From the IMG/VR virus record IMGVR_UViG_3300028840_006156: DNA of 64,000 nt; one strand, given 5' to 3'. The position numbers and the translations under genes are program-made. The notes under the pieces were generated by a model. The model saw only the letters and a program-made list of their open reading frames with translations. It was not told where the DNA came from and ran no database searches. The stretch's first letter is position 1; each line of letters begins with the position of its first letter. The stretch is from a virus. This document shows positions 26,309-33,707 of this stretch, one piece after another.

Positions 26309-27159
26309 GCGACCGTAGCCTCGACGTCGAACTGGAAGCCGTCGACCACGCCGGGGATCGTCACGAGCTCGACCACGGGCGCCTCGGCGAGGATGCTGAC
26401 CTCGAGCACCCACTCGTTCACGCGCGCGCCCTCAGCGTTGTCCGGCCGCGTCGTGTCCTGCAGCTGGTAGCGGATCGACCGCGAGAAGTACTCCGGCACG
26501 ACCACGTGCCGGGCGCCGATGTCCTGCCGCGGCTCGCCCGCGAGCGCGTTGATGATCCGCGAGGCGAACCCCCTGCGCTGGTCCTTGTGCGCGAACCACA
26601 CGACGACCGCGAGCGGGATCTCCTGGACGCCCATGTAGCGCAGCACCGTCCCCTCCATGAACCGGTCCTGGGTCTCCTCGAGCAGCCGAGGCGTGAAGCC
26701 AGCGACGTCGAAAGGCGCGGGATCGGGTCCGGTGATCAGCGCCGTCTGAGCCGGCATCGACTCCTTCTGCTGGCCGTCGGGCCAGTCGAGGTGGATCTTC
26801 GTCAAGCGGTGCGGCTCGCGGCTCGTGCTGATCGTCTTCCCGAGCTCGGCGAGGATCTGTAGGTCGAAGCTGCGCCACCGCATCGCGTCGAGGATCCGGT
26901 AGAGGCCGAGCATGGCCGCGTCCTTCGGGGCCATGGTGACGACCGCGGCGCCGTCGGGCGGGAACGACTTGGTCTGCTGAGCGGGGAGGATCTCGCCGTA
27001 GCCCGAGATCCCGACGAGTGACCGGGTCCCGTCGGGGTTCGCGATGATCTCGACCGTGTACGCCTCTTCGGGCGGGACCCCTGCCGGGCGCGGTGGGACG
27101 CCGATCGTCGGGACGTCTGGGCGGATCGAGTCGGGGTCGAAGGTGCGCTTGATCTGCAC
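26299..27159 (-). CDS. putative tail completion/terminator protein
   Basis: Position upstream of sheath; TACGCT-N6-GTG. Confidence 0.6.
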   Translation of the reverse strand: MQIKRTFDPDSIRPDVPTIGVPPRPAGVPPEEAYTVEIIANPDGTRSLVGISGYGEILPAQQTKSFPPDGAAVVTMAPKDAAMLGLYRILDAMRWRSFDLQILAELGKTISTSREPHRLTKIHLDWPDGQQKESMPAQTALITGPDPAPFDVAGFTPRLLEETQDRFMEGTVLRYMGVQEIPLAVVVWFAHKDQRRGFASRIINALAGEPRQDIGARHVVVPEYFSRSIRYQLQDTTRPDNAEGARVNEWVLEVSILAEAPVVELVTIPGVVDGFQFDVEATVAGS

Positions 27160-27161
27160 CC

Positions 27162-27189
27162 GGGAAGCGTACACGGGCGGCGGCGGTAG
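27162..27189 (+). promoter_or_regulatory. GGGAAG-N17-GGTAG motif followed by a ~100-nt leader
   Basis: Overlaps TACGCT of gene 27159. Confidence 0.75.
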
Positions 27190-27196
27190 AGTTGGG

Positions 27197-27299
27197 CGAC
27201 ACCAAGCAACACAGACCCGGAGGTGAGCCATGCGACCGTAGACATGAACCCGGAGCCCCGCACGCAGCCGTAAGGCCGAGCGCCGGGGCTTTCGGGGTG
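27197..27299 (+). promoter_or_regulatory. structured 5' leader with two uORFs (MRP*, MNPEPRTQP*)
   Basis: GGAGGTG-N4-ATG at 27230; AGCCCCG (27254-60) pairs with CGGGGCT (27284-90); inner GCC-GTAA-GGC hairpin. Confidence 0.45.
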
Positions 27300-27749
27300 A
27301 TGGACCCCGAGACCAAGCGACTCCTCGAAGAAGCTCTACGGACGATGGTGGCGCCTCGTCCGGTGGCGCCCGTTGTCCGCGAGTTCACCGCGTTCGAGCG
27401 CGCCGTCGAAGAGGCCGGCCGGAAGTTCTACGAGCAAGCCAAGGACGGCCGGGGCTACCAGTTCGTGCGCGACGACGGCTCGAAGATCGGTCCGCCGTTC
27501 ATCGTGTCGAAGCCCACCCCGCCGATCTGCGAGCGCAGCGGAAACCCGAGCGGGACGGACACCTGGAGCCTCGGCCACCCGTGCCCGTGCAAGCCATGCA
27601 CGACCTACTGCGCGCTGCTCGACGACGGCGTGCCGTTCATCGTCAACGCGAGCGCGCTCCCGGGCACCTACCGCGAGCCGCTGACCTACGTCGGCCCCGT
27701 GCGCTCGGGCAGCCTGCGCGAGTTCGAGGACGAGGAGTCAGGACGATGA
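27300..27749 (+). CDS. hypothetical protein with Cys motif (CPCKPC)
   Basis: Start MDPETKRLL after GGGGTG. Confidence 0.6.
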   Translation: MDPETKRLLEEALRTMVAPRPVAPVVREFTAFERAVEEAGRKFYEQAKDGRGYQFVRDDGSKIGPPFIVSKPTPPICERSGNPSGTDTWSLGHPCPCKPCTTYCALLDDGVPFIVNASALPGTYREPLTYVGPVRSGSLREFEDEESGR

Positions 27750-28195
27750 GGCTCAAGGGCAAGTCCAAAGTGACGATCCTGCGCCCGGATGGCGTCGCCT
27801 GGACGCTGCCGGTCGAGGAGCTATCCATCTTCGAGTTGCCCGACTCGCGCGATCCCAACGGCCCTAGGCGCTTCGACAACATCTACGAGGGGGAATCCTT
27901 CTCGATGACGGTGCAACTCGAACCGACCGCGATGGACGTCCTGCGCGAGTTCATCGCGAAACAACAGCAGCGGCTAGACCCAAGGCCTGGGCTCGTGGTC
28001 TCGGTCCCTCGGTTCAGCCACTACGACGTAGCTCTCGCGCTGCGTATGCGGCAGCACGTGCCGGTCGGTGGCGACGTCGTGGACATGTACTCCGGGCCCG
28101 GTTCGTTGATGTGGGTCGAGTCGCCCGAGGACGATGGCGACGGGCTCATCCGCTACACGCTGCGGCGTGGCCAGGACCTCGTGAGGTCGGCGTGA
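27746..28195 (+). CDS. tail-tube paralogue (N-terminal half) with unrelated C-terminus
   Basis: RLKG, VEELS, RFDNIYEGESFSMTVQLE vs tube RLKG, VEQLS, RNDDIYRNTTFSATLQIE. Confidence 0.7.
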   Translation: MRLKGKSKVTILRPDGVAWTLPVEELSIFELPDSRDPNGPRRFDNIYEGESFSMTVQLEPTAMDVLREFIAKQQQRLDPRPGLVVSVPRFSHYDVALALRMRQHVPVGGDVVDMYSGPGSLMWVESPEDDGDGLIRYTLRRGQDLVRSA

Positions 28196-28296
28196 GCCAC
28201 CGGGTCTGGTTCGTTCTGACACTGCTCGTGGCTTCCGCGGTCGCAGCCCTCGCGTGCGTGCTGACCCTCGAAGTGATCGCCTACCTCACTTCTTGA
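28192..28296 (+). CDS. single-TM peptide (34 aa)
   Basis: VWFVLTLLVASAVAALACVLTLEVIAY; GTGA overlap. Confidence 0.5.
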   Translation: MSHRVWFVLTLLVASAVAALACVLTLEVIAYLTS

Positions 28297-28789
28297 CCCG
28301 CGCCGCCCGTTCAAACGCCCGCGACATCGCGGCGTCCATTTCGAAGGGGATCCGCTTCGCCATGAGCGGGACCGTTCGCCGGAGGATGAAGCGGCCCTTG
28401 AACCCGACGCGGCCGATCTTGCGCTGGACCGCGAGCGCGACCCGCTTGGCCTTCGAACCGCGAGCGATCTTCTTCAACTCGACCCAGCGGATCAGCGGCG
28501 CGAGCGGTGGCCGCTTGCCGGGCTTGCGGCCGACCTCGACGAAGATCGCGTGCTTCGCCGAGTTGGTCACCGCGGCGCCGTCAGGGAGCTTGACCACCAT
28601 CCACCCACGCGCGTAGGTGCCCGAGGCTCGAGGGCGGGGCCGCGTCTGCGCCGTCGTCTTGCGGACCATGGTCACGCCGTAGCGGGCGGTCCGGCGAAGG
28701 GCTGTCACCGTGGCCTTGTCCATCTCGCGGGAGAGCTTGCGCAGGGCGGGGCCGAGTTGCTTCGGGGAGGAGAGGCGGACGGTGGTCAT
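28286..28789 (-). CDS. neck/tail completion protein (HK97 gp10-like)
   Basis: ASGTYARGW...NSAKHAIFVEVGRKPG...KG.FIL pattern. Confidence 0.8.
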   Translation of the reverse strand: MTTVRLSSPKQLGPALRKLSREMDKATVTALRRTARYGVTMVRKTTAQTRPRPRASGTYARGWMVVKLPDGAAVTNSAKHAIFVEVGRKPGKRPPLAPLIRWVELKKIARGSKAKRVALAVQRKIGRVGFKGRFILRRTVPLMAKRIPFEMDAAMSRAFERAARVKK

Positions 28790-28791
28790 GC

Positions 28792-28819
28792 GGGAAGTCT
28801 ACGCGGGTGCGGGCGGTAG
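28792..28819 (+). promoter_or_regulatory. GGGAAG-N17-GGTAG motif overlapping TAGACT of gene 28789
   Basis: 7 nt before ATG 28827. Confidence 0.8.
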
Positions 28820-28826
28820 AGCAGGC

Positions 28827-29159
28827 ATGTGGCTGCCCGAGTACATCGAGAACACCCGCGCCTCGATCGAGGCGATCCCCGAGCCCTTCATGAAGCAGGC
28901 GGCCGCCGCGAAGACGTGGGGAGCGACCTACGAACCCGTCGCAACACCCACGGGCGTGCGCATGTGGATGCGGCTTCTCGGGACGTTCTCGTGCGACTAC
29001 GGTCCGACGCACGACCGCTCGCTCGACGACTTGAGGTTGGAGATCGACGCCCTCGAAATCGTCGCCCACCCGCAGGCCGAGGCGCTTCAGCGCTGGATCT
29101 CCGACTACGGCAACAGCAGCGCGACGCCCTCGACCGAGTCCCCGTCGACCACAGTCTGA
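28827..29159 (+). CDS. hypothetical protein
   Basis: Leaderless start after motif. Confidence 0.6.
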   Translation: MWLPEYIENTRASIEAIPEPFMKQAAAAKTWGATYEPVATPTGVRMWMRLLGTFSCDYGPTHDRSLDDLRLEIDALEIVAHPQAEALQRWISDYGNSSATPSTESPSTTV

Positions 29160-29785
29160 TCTTGCTGCGCCTCGCTGCGGTGGCCGAACTGCGAGACGAG
29201 CCGGACCTGCCACTCGTTCCGGTCCATCCGCAGCGTCGGCGCGCCCGCAAGCACGAAGCGGTAGGTCCTCGGCGCTCGGTCACCCGGGCAGCTGGCGATC
29301 TGCTGGACCTCGTAGAAGAACTCGCGCGCGGGCGTGTCGTCGCCCCACGGCTCGCCGTTGCGGAAGCCTCGAAGCGTCCACTCGTCGAGCGTCGTCGAGA
29401 CCTCGCGCAGGCTGATCACGCCGGCCGGTACCTGGCCGGGCGCCTCGACGACGAGGTCGACGTTGTCCATTCCGCGGACCTCGACCGGCATTAGCTCGAG
29501 CGATCCGCCGGGCGCCTGCTCGGACCACAGGCCGGTGTCCTCGTCGCGAACCTGCCAGACCAGGCGAACGCGGTACGGCCGGTAGCCGAGCGCGTGCTGG
29601 ACCTTCCGCGCCGTGTCGACGGCCGCCTGCTGGGCGTAGGCTGGCGTGCACGCGAGTAGGCCGATCGGTGGCGGCGTGTTCTGGGGCGCCGTCGGCTCGC
29701 CTGGTCCTCGCGGCCCGCAGCCCGGGAGGCCGGGGGCAGCGACGCAGGAGCACGGGGCGCGGGAGCAAGATCCGCATACGGCCAT
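29105..29785 (-). CDS. head closure/head-tail joining protein with Cys-rich N-terminus
   Basis: Neck module position; TACGCT-N7-ATG. Confidence 0.55.
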   Translation of the reverse strand: MAVCGSCSRAPCSCVAAPGLPGCGPRGPGEPTAPQNTPPPIGLLACTPAYAQQAAVDTARKVQHALGYRPYRVRLVWQVRDEDTGLWSEQAPGGSLELMPVEVRGMDNVDLVVEAPGQVPAGVISLREVSTTLDEWTLRGFRNGEPWGDDTPAREFFYEVQQIASCPGDRAPRTYRFVLAGAPTLRMDRNEWQVRLVSQFGHRSEAQQDQTVVDGDSVEGVALLLP

Positions 29786-29788
29786 GGC

Positions 29789-29816
29789 GGGAAGCGTACC
29801 GCGGGCGCGCGGGTAG
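29789..29816 (+). promoter_or_regulatory. GGGAAG-N17-GGTAG motif overlapping TACGCT of gene 29785
   Basis: 7 nt before ATG 29824. Confidence 0.8.
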
Positions 29817-29823
29817 AGTAGGC

Positions 29824-30381
29824 ATGGCCCTCTTCCGCCGCGTCTACGCCCGAGACATCGTCATCAACCGCCTGCTCATCCCCGCGATCCGAGCCGAGGT
29901 CGAGTCGTTGACCGAGGAGCCCCGGCGCGAGCTGGTCGAGTTCGCGTGGGGCACTTCGCCATGGCTCGCCGACGAGTACGGCTCCGAGTGGCTCGGCCGC
30001 GCCTGCTGGGACTGGCTCGACCAGGCCGTCGTGCTGGGCGTCGTTGAGTGCGAGGCCACGGCGTTGCGTGGCGGGACACCGGACGACGACCTTCTCGCCC
30101 GCGCCGCGATCGCTACCCTCGACCCGCCCCACCCGGTGCTCAAGCTCAAGGACACCGTCGGCGCGATGGAGATCCTCGAAGCCCTGATGGATCTCAGCTG
30201 CTCGCCGAAGGTTCGCGCGGATCGGGCGGACTGCGTCGACGCGGTGCTCGATCAGATGGACGAGTCCGACGCAATCGAGGTAGCGGCGGCGATCGCCATG
30301 CGAGGCTTCCCGCTGCCTCGGTTCCGATTCGAGTGGCCAGAGATCGACCTCTCTACCCGCCTCGCCTGGGCCGCGGCCTGA
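29824..30381 (+). CDS. hypothetical protein
   Basis: Leaderless start after motif. Confidence 0.6.
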   Translation: MALFRRVYARDIVINRLLIPAIRAEVESLTEEPRRELVEFAWGTSPWLADEYGSEWLGRACWDWLDQAVVLGVVECEATALRGGTPDDDLLARAAIATLDPPHPVLKLKDTVGAMEILEALMDLSCSPKVRADRADCVDAVLDQMDESDAIEVAAAIAMRGFPLPRFRFEWPEIDLSTRLAWAAA

Positions 30382-30382
30382 C

Positions 30383-30706
30383 CTACTTCGGCTTCTTGAC
30401 CCGGCCGCCCTTGGACCAGAGCACCTTGTCCGCCCAGTATGCCGGGCTCGACTTGCCGCGGGCTATGTTCTTCGCGTGGCGCGCCTTGAAGCCCTTCCGC
30501 GCGCCGGGGCTGTAGTTGTGTGGGGCGCCCTGCTCGCCGAAGCGGATCGTCTTCGGCTTGCCGTCGACCATGGTCACGACGACGCCCTTCTTCTTCGGGT
30601 GGCTTGGTGTCATCTTAGGCTTGTCGAGCCCAGCCACGCCGGCCTTTTTCACCGCGCGCTGGACGACCTCGCGCTTCTTCGTCGCGGCTGACTTCGGCTT
30701 CGCCAT
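30383..30706 (-). CDS. basic virion-associated protein (DUF5824-like)
   Basis: KTIRFGEQG...RKGFKARHAKNI...SPAYWADKVLW motif. Confidence 0.7.
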   Translation of the reverse strand: MAKPKSAATKKREVVQRAVKKAGVAGLDKPKMTPSHPKKKGVVVTMVDGKPKTIRFGEQGAPHNYSPGARKGFKARHAKNIARGKSSPAYWADKVLWSKGGRVKKPK

Positions 30707-31110
30707 CAGCGCATGTCGCCTTCGATGACCGACCCGTACCGTTCCTGCTCACTCGCGCTCACCGGGTTGATCTGTCCGGCGATCTGGTCCGCGAGCTTGA
30801 GTTGGTAGCGGCGGTACTCCTCCTGGAGCGTGAACAGGCCGGCCTCGAAGTCGAACTTGGTCGACCCCACCGAGGCTACCCACGGAGCCGATCCCCGCAG
30901 CTGGTCGAGCTGCTTCTCGATGCAGTCGAGCCGGTCGATCGTCGCGATCACGTCCGGCTCGGAGATCGGAAGAATGTTGGCGATGTTCTGGTCGATCCGG
31001 AACTTCGCCATCGTGACAGACGGATCGCCGAGCGACAGCGTCGTCGGGGTCGTCAGCTGCGTGTACTGCAGGTGGTAGTAGATCCGCTGTTTCTGCCGCT
31101 CGGTGAGCAT
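30706..31110 (-). CDS. head-tail adaptor
   Basis: Helical 134 aa, first neck-module gene. Confidence 0.55.
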   Translation of the reverse strand: MLTERQKQRIYYHLQYTQLTTPTTLSLGDPSVTMAKFRIDQNIANILPISEPDVIATIDRLDCIEKQLDQLRGSAPWVASVGSTKFDFEAGLFTLQEEYRRYQLKLADQIAGQINPVSASEQERYGSVIEGDMR

Positions 31111-31127
31111 CGATCACCCCGCTATGG

Positions 31128-31526
31128 TCAGGCCGCAACGACCTGGATCACGCCGCCCTCGACGTGCGAGACGAAGCGCTGGACGGACGCGAACCGGGTC
31201 TGGGCCTCGATGACCTCTCCCGGCCGCATGCCGAGATGAGGCGCGGCCGCGATGACCCTGAACTTCGCCGCGCTGTTGTCGCGCATCATCAGCCGGACGT
31301 CGTCGGGCTTGAGCGGCTGCGGGGTCGAGAGCATGGCCGCGGGGATCACCTTGGCCAGGCCCCGGAGGGCCTCCTCGATCCGTCGCTGCCCGGCCTTGAT
31401 CTCCTCGAGCATGGCGGACGCGTCGCCGCGAGCCGCCAGCTGCTCAATCATCTTGGCCTGCTCGGCGGCGCCCTTCTCGAGCACCGCGACACGGTCACCG
31501 ACCTTGGTGGTCTTGGTCGTGGCCAT
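31128..31526 (-). CDS. putative virion/packaging accessory protein
   Basis: Coiled coil plus small beta domain in head operon. Confidence 0.5.
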   Translation of the reverse strand: MATTKTTKVGDRVAVLEKGAAEQAKMIEQLAARGDASAMLEEIKAGQRRIEEALRGLAKVIPAAMLSTPQPLKPDDVRLMMRDNSAAKFRVIAAAPHLGMRPGEVIEAQTRFASVQRFVSHVEGGVIQVVAA

Positions 31527-31530
31527 TGGG

Positions 31531-31773
31531 TCACTCCCCGTCGACGTAGGTCAGCGGGACCATGGTGACGGCCTGGCCGCCCTGGACCGGATTGGCGAGC
31601 GGGGTCGTCGCCCCCTGGCTGTAGGTGACCTCGCTGGGGCCACCGGGGTAGCTGACCAGGCCGGGCGGGGTGAGTTCGCCGAGGCCGGGCTTGAGGTCCG
31701 GGAAGCTTCCCTCGACGCCACTGCCCTCGATCGAGCGGACGCCGGGCTTCATGTAGCTGGGCTTCTTCTGCAT
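31531..31773 (-). CDS. small Gly/Pro-rich putative virion protein
   Basis: TAGGCT-N6-ATG. Confidence 0.55.
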   Translation of the reverse strand: MQKKPSYMKPGVRSIEGSGVEGSFPDLKPGLGELTPPGLVSYPGGPSEVTYSQGATTPLANPVQGGQAVTMVPLTYVDGE

Positions 31774-31790
31774 GCCCCGAGCCTACCAGA

Positions 31791-31874
31791 CGAAAAGACG
31801 GCGGGCCCGCAGATCCACACAGACCGTCACTGGCCCCCGCGGTGACCACCACCGAAGGGCAGGCCCGCCGTCTT
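31791..31874 (-). ncRNA. candidate ~85-nt stem-closed small RNA
   Basis: 13-bp perfect stem (31795-31807/31862-31874), inner GTCAC/GTGAC hairpin, TAGCCT just upstream, U-tract after stem. Confidence 0.4.
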
Positions 31875-31888
31875 GCGGAGGCTACACG

Positions 31889-31914
31889 AAAAAGGGCGGG
31901 GTCAACCCCCGCCC
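31889..31914 (-). terminator. intrinsic terminator
   Basis: GGGCGGGG/CCCCGCCC stem followed by TTTTT on the minus strand. Confidence 0.7.
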
Positions 31915-31976
31915 GAGAAAGCGCGCACCCGTCCGAGACGAGGCGATCCTTCGCCGGGCGCGAGCGTAGCACGCAC

Positions 31977-32004
31977 GGGAAGCGGATCGGCCCGTCGCGG
32001 GTAG
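31977..32004 (+). promoter_or_regulatory. GGGAAG-N17-GGTAG promoter motif
   Basis: 7 nt before GTG 32012. Confidence 0.8.
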
Positions 32005-32011
32005 GGCTTGC

Positions 32012-32398
32012 GTGACCATCGAACCGAAACCCATGGACCCCGACCGGCTCGCGCGGCTGATCGCCGAGGTCGAGGACGAGATCTACGTCGAGCCTGCGCT
32101 CGTCTTCGAGTTGCTCGCTGACCGGGCCTGGCACCGCGCGCGCGTCGAGGTGACCGACGAGGACATCGCCAACTCCGATGTCGACGAAGCGGACCCGCGG
32201 TTCTACGCGTGGATGACCCGCCAACATCAGCTGCCGGATCTCGCCGATGGGCGATGGTCGGGCGACCCTGGTCATCCAAGCTCGATCATCCTCGACTACC
32301 TCGACGCGGAGACAGCCAACGCGGCAGCTCGCGGTGTTGGAAAGCCGCCCCTCGACGTTCTTGACGAGATCGCCGCGACGGAGGTTCCCAATGGTTGA
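32012..32398 (+). CDS. acidic hypothetical protein
   Basis: Leaderless start after motif. Confidence 0.6.
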   Translation: MTIEPKPMDPDRLARLIAEVEDEIYVEPALVFELLADRAWHRARVEVTDEDIANSDVDEADPRFYAWMTRQHQLPDLADGRWSGDPGHPSSIILDYLDAETANAAARGVGKPPLDVLDEIAATEVPNG

Positions 32399-33122
32399 GC
32401 GACCGATCCTGTTCAGCGGCCCTCTCGTGCGGGCGATCCTCGACGGTCGCAAGACCGAGACGCGGCGGCTCGTCACGAAGGGTACGAGCCGCATGGTCAA
32501 GGCGACGCGCGACGCGTGGGGCGAACTCGACTGGTCGGCCGCGGCGATCAACTTCGCACCGGGGTCCTACGTGGGCCGGGATGGAGGCCGGATCGGGGCT
32601 CATCGTGGCCTGCTCGTGGCCCACGAAGACACGAGCGTCCACGGTGTCGCGTGCCGCATCGAGCCCGGCGACGTGCTCTGGGTCCGCGAGCGGATCTGGC
32701 AGTCGAGGCGCTGCGGCTACATGGCCGAGTGGGGGGAGTGGGAGGCCGGCGCGTGGACGCGCTCGGTGGTTCGCTACCACGCCACCGAGGGCGCGCCCGA
32801 GTCCACCGATCTGCCCGGCCGCGAGTTCTTGTCGAGCCGCCCATCGATCCACATGCCGAAGTGGGTCAGCCGGATCCGCCTGCGGGTCACCGATGTCCGC
32901 GCCGAGGGGCTTCACGAGATCGACGAGGCCGGGGCGCGAGCCGAAGGGATCGCGGCCCCGATAGGGACGGCCGTGCTTTCGTCCGGTGATGAGGTTTCCG
33001 TACACGCGACCGCGCGCACCCACTTCGCCACGCTCTGGGACGAGATCAACGGCAAGCGCGAGGGCGCCCGCTGGGACGACAACCCCTGGGTGTGGGTCTA
33101 CAAGTTCGAGGTCGAGCGATGA
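32391..33122 (+). CDS. ASCH/PUA-like domain phage protein
   Basis: ERPILFSGPLVRAILDGRKTETRR...PSIHMPKWVSRIRLRVTDVRAE.LHEI...NPWVWVY.F. Confidence 0.85.
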   Translation: MVERPILFSGPLVRAILDGRKTETRRLVTKGTSRMVKATRDAWGELDWSAAAINFAPGSYVGRDGGRIGAHRGLLVAHEDTSVHGVACRIEPGDVLWVRERIWQSRRCGYMAEWGEWEAGAWTRSVVRYHATEGAPESTDLPGREFLSSRPSIHMPKWVSRIRLRVTDVRAEGLHEIDEAGARAEGIAAPIGTAVLSSGDEVSVHATARTHFATLWDEINGKREGARWDDNPWVWVYKFEVER

Positions 33123-33337
33123 CGGCCGCGAAGAAGAAGCCCGACAGCGTCCGCGTCCAGATCGCCAAGATCCAGGACCAGGTCCGGCGCGAGGCGAAGC
33201 CCACCGTGCCCACCGTCGCGGCGCTCAAGGAGCTTCGAGACCTCGGGTCGATCGAGGAACTGCGAGAGTCGGAGTTCCACTGCGAGAGCCTCGACGAGTA
33301 CCTCAAGCTGGCGATCAAGCGGAGGCGACTCGCGTGA
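33119..33337 (+). CDS. hypothetical protein
   Basis: ATGA overlap. Confidence 0.55.
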   Translation: MTAAKKKPDSVRVQIAKIQDQVRREAKPTVPTVAALKELRDLGSIEELRESEFHCESLDEYLKLAIKRRRLA

Positions 33338-33339
33338 TC

Positions 33340-33367
33340 GGGAAGCGCCCGCCATCCCAGTAGGTAC
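33340..33367 (+). promoter_or_regulatory. GGGAAG-N17-GGTAC promoter motif
   Basis: 7 nt before ATG 33375. Confidence 0.8.
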
Positions 33368-33374
33368 AGACGAC

Positions 33375-33707
33375 ATGGAGTACACGTTGAAGAAGCCGTG
33401 TCCGAAGTGCCCGTTTCGCACCGATGTCCCGAGCTACCTCAAGCGCGGTCGGGCCGAGGGCATCGTCGACGAAATCACCCGCGATCGTAGTGGCGGATTC
33501 ATCTGCCACGAGACGGCCGAGTCGCTCGGGCATGACTGCGGCGAAAAACACTGCGCGGGAGCGTTGGTCGTCCTCGAACACGAAGGGCGACCGCACCAGA
33601 TGATGCGGATCGCCGAGCGTCTGGGCATGTACGATCGCAACGCCCTCGACATGACTTCGCCCGTCTTCGAAACCCTCGAAGCCTTCGTCGAGCATCACGA
33701 CGCATGA
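33375..33707 (+). CDS. Cys-rich phage protein (KPC..CPFR...F.CH...CAG family)
   Basis: Conserved Cys/His pattern. Confidence 0.7.
   Translation: MEYTLKKPCPKCPFRTDVPSYLKRGRAEGIVDEITRDRSGGFICHETAESLGHDCGEKHCAGALVVLEHEGRPHQMMRIAERLGMYDRNALDMTSPVFETLEAFVEHHDA

Noticed and set aside
29824-29860. N-terminus MALFRRVYARD resembling sheath MVAFRRVFLDD as another mimic
   Set aside because: Match is limited to about 5 residues and could be chance
2253-31773. Tail cluster as a stand-alone eCIS or tailocin
   Set aside because: Terminase, portal, head morphogenesis, neck and replication genes in the same window indicate a phage
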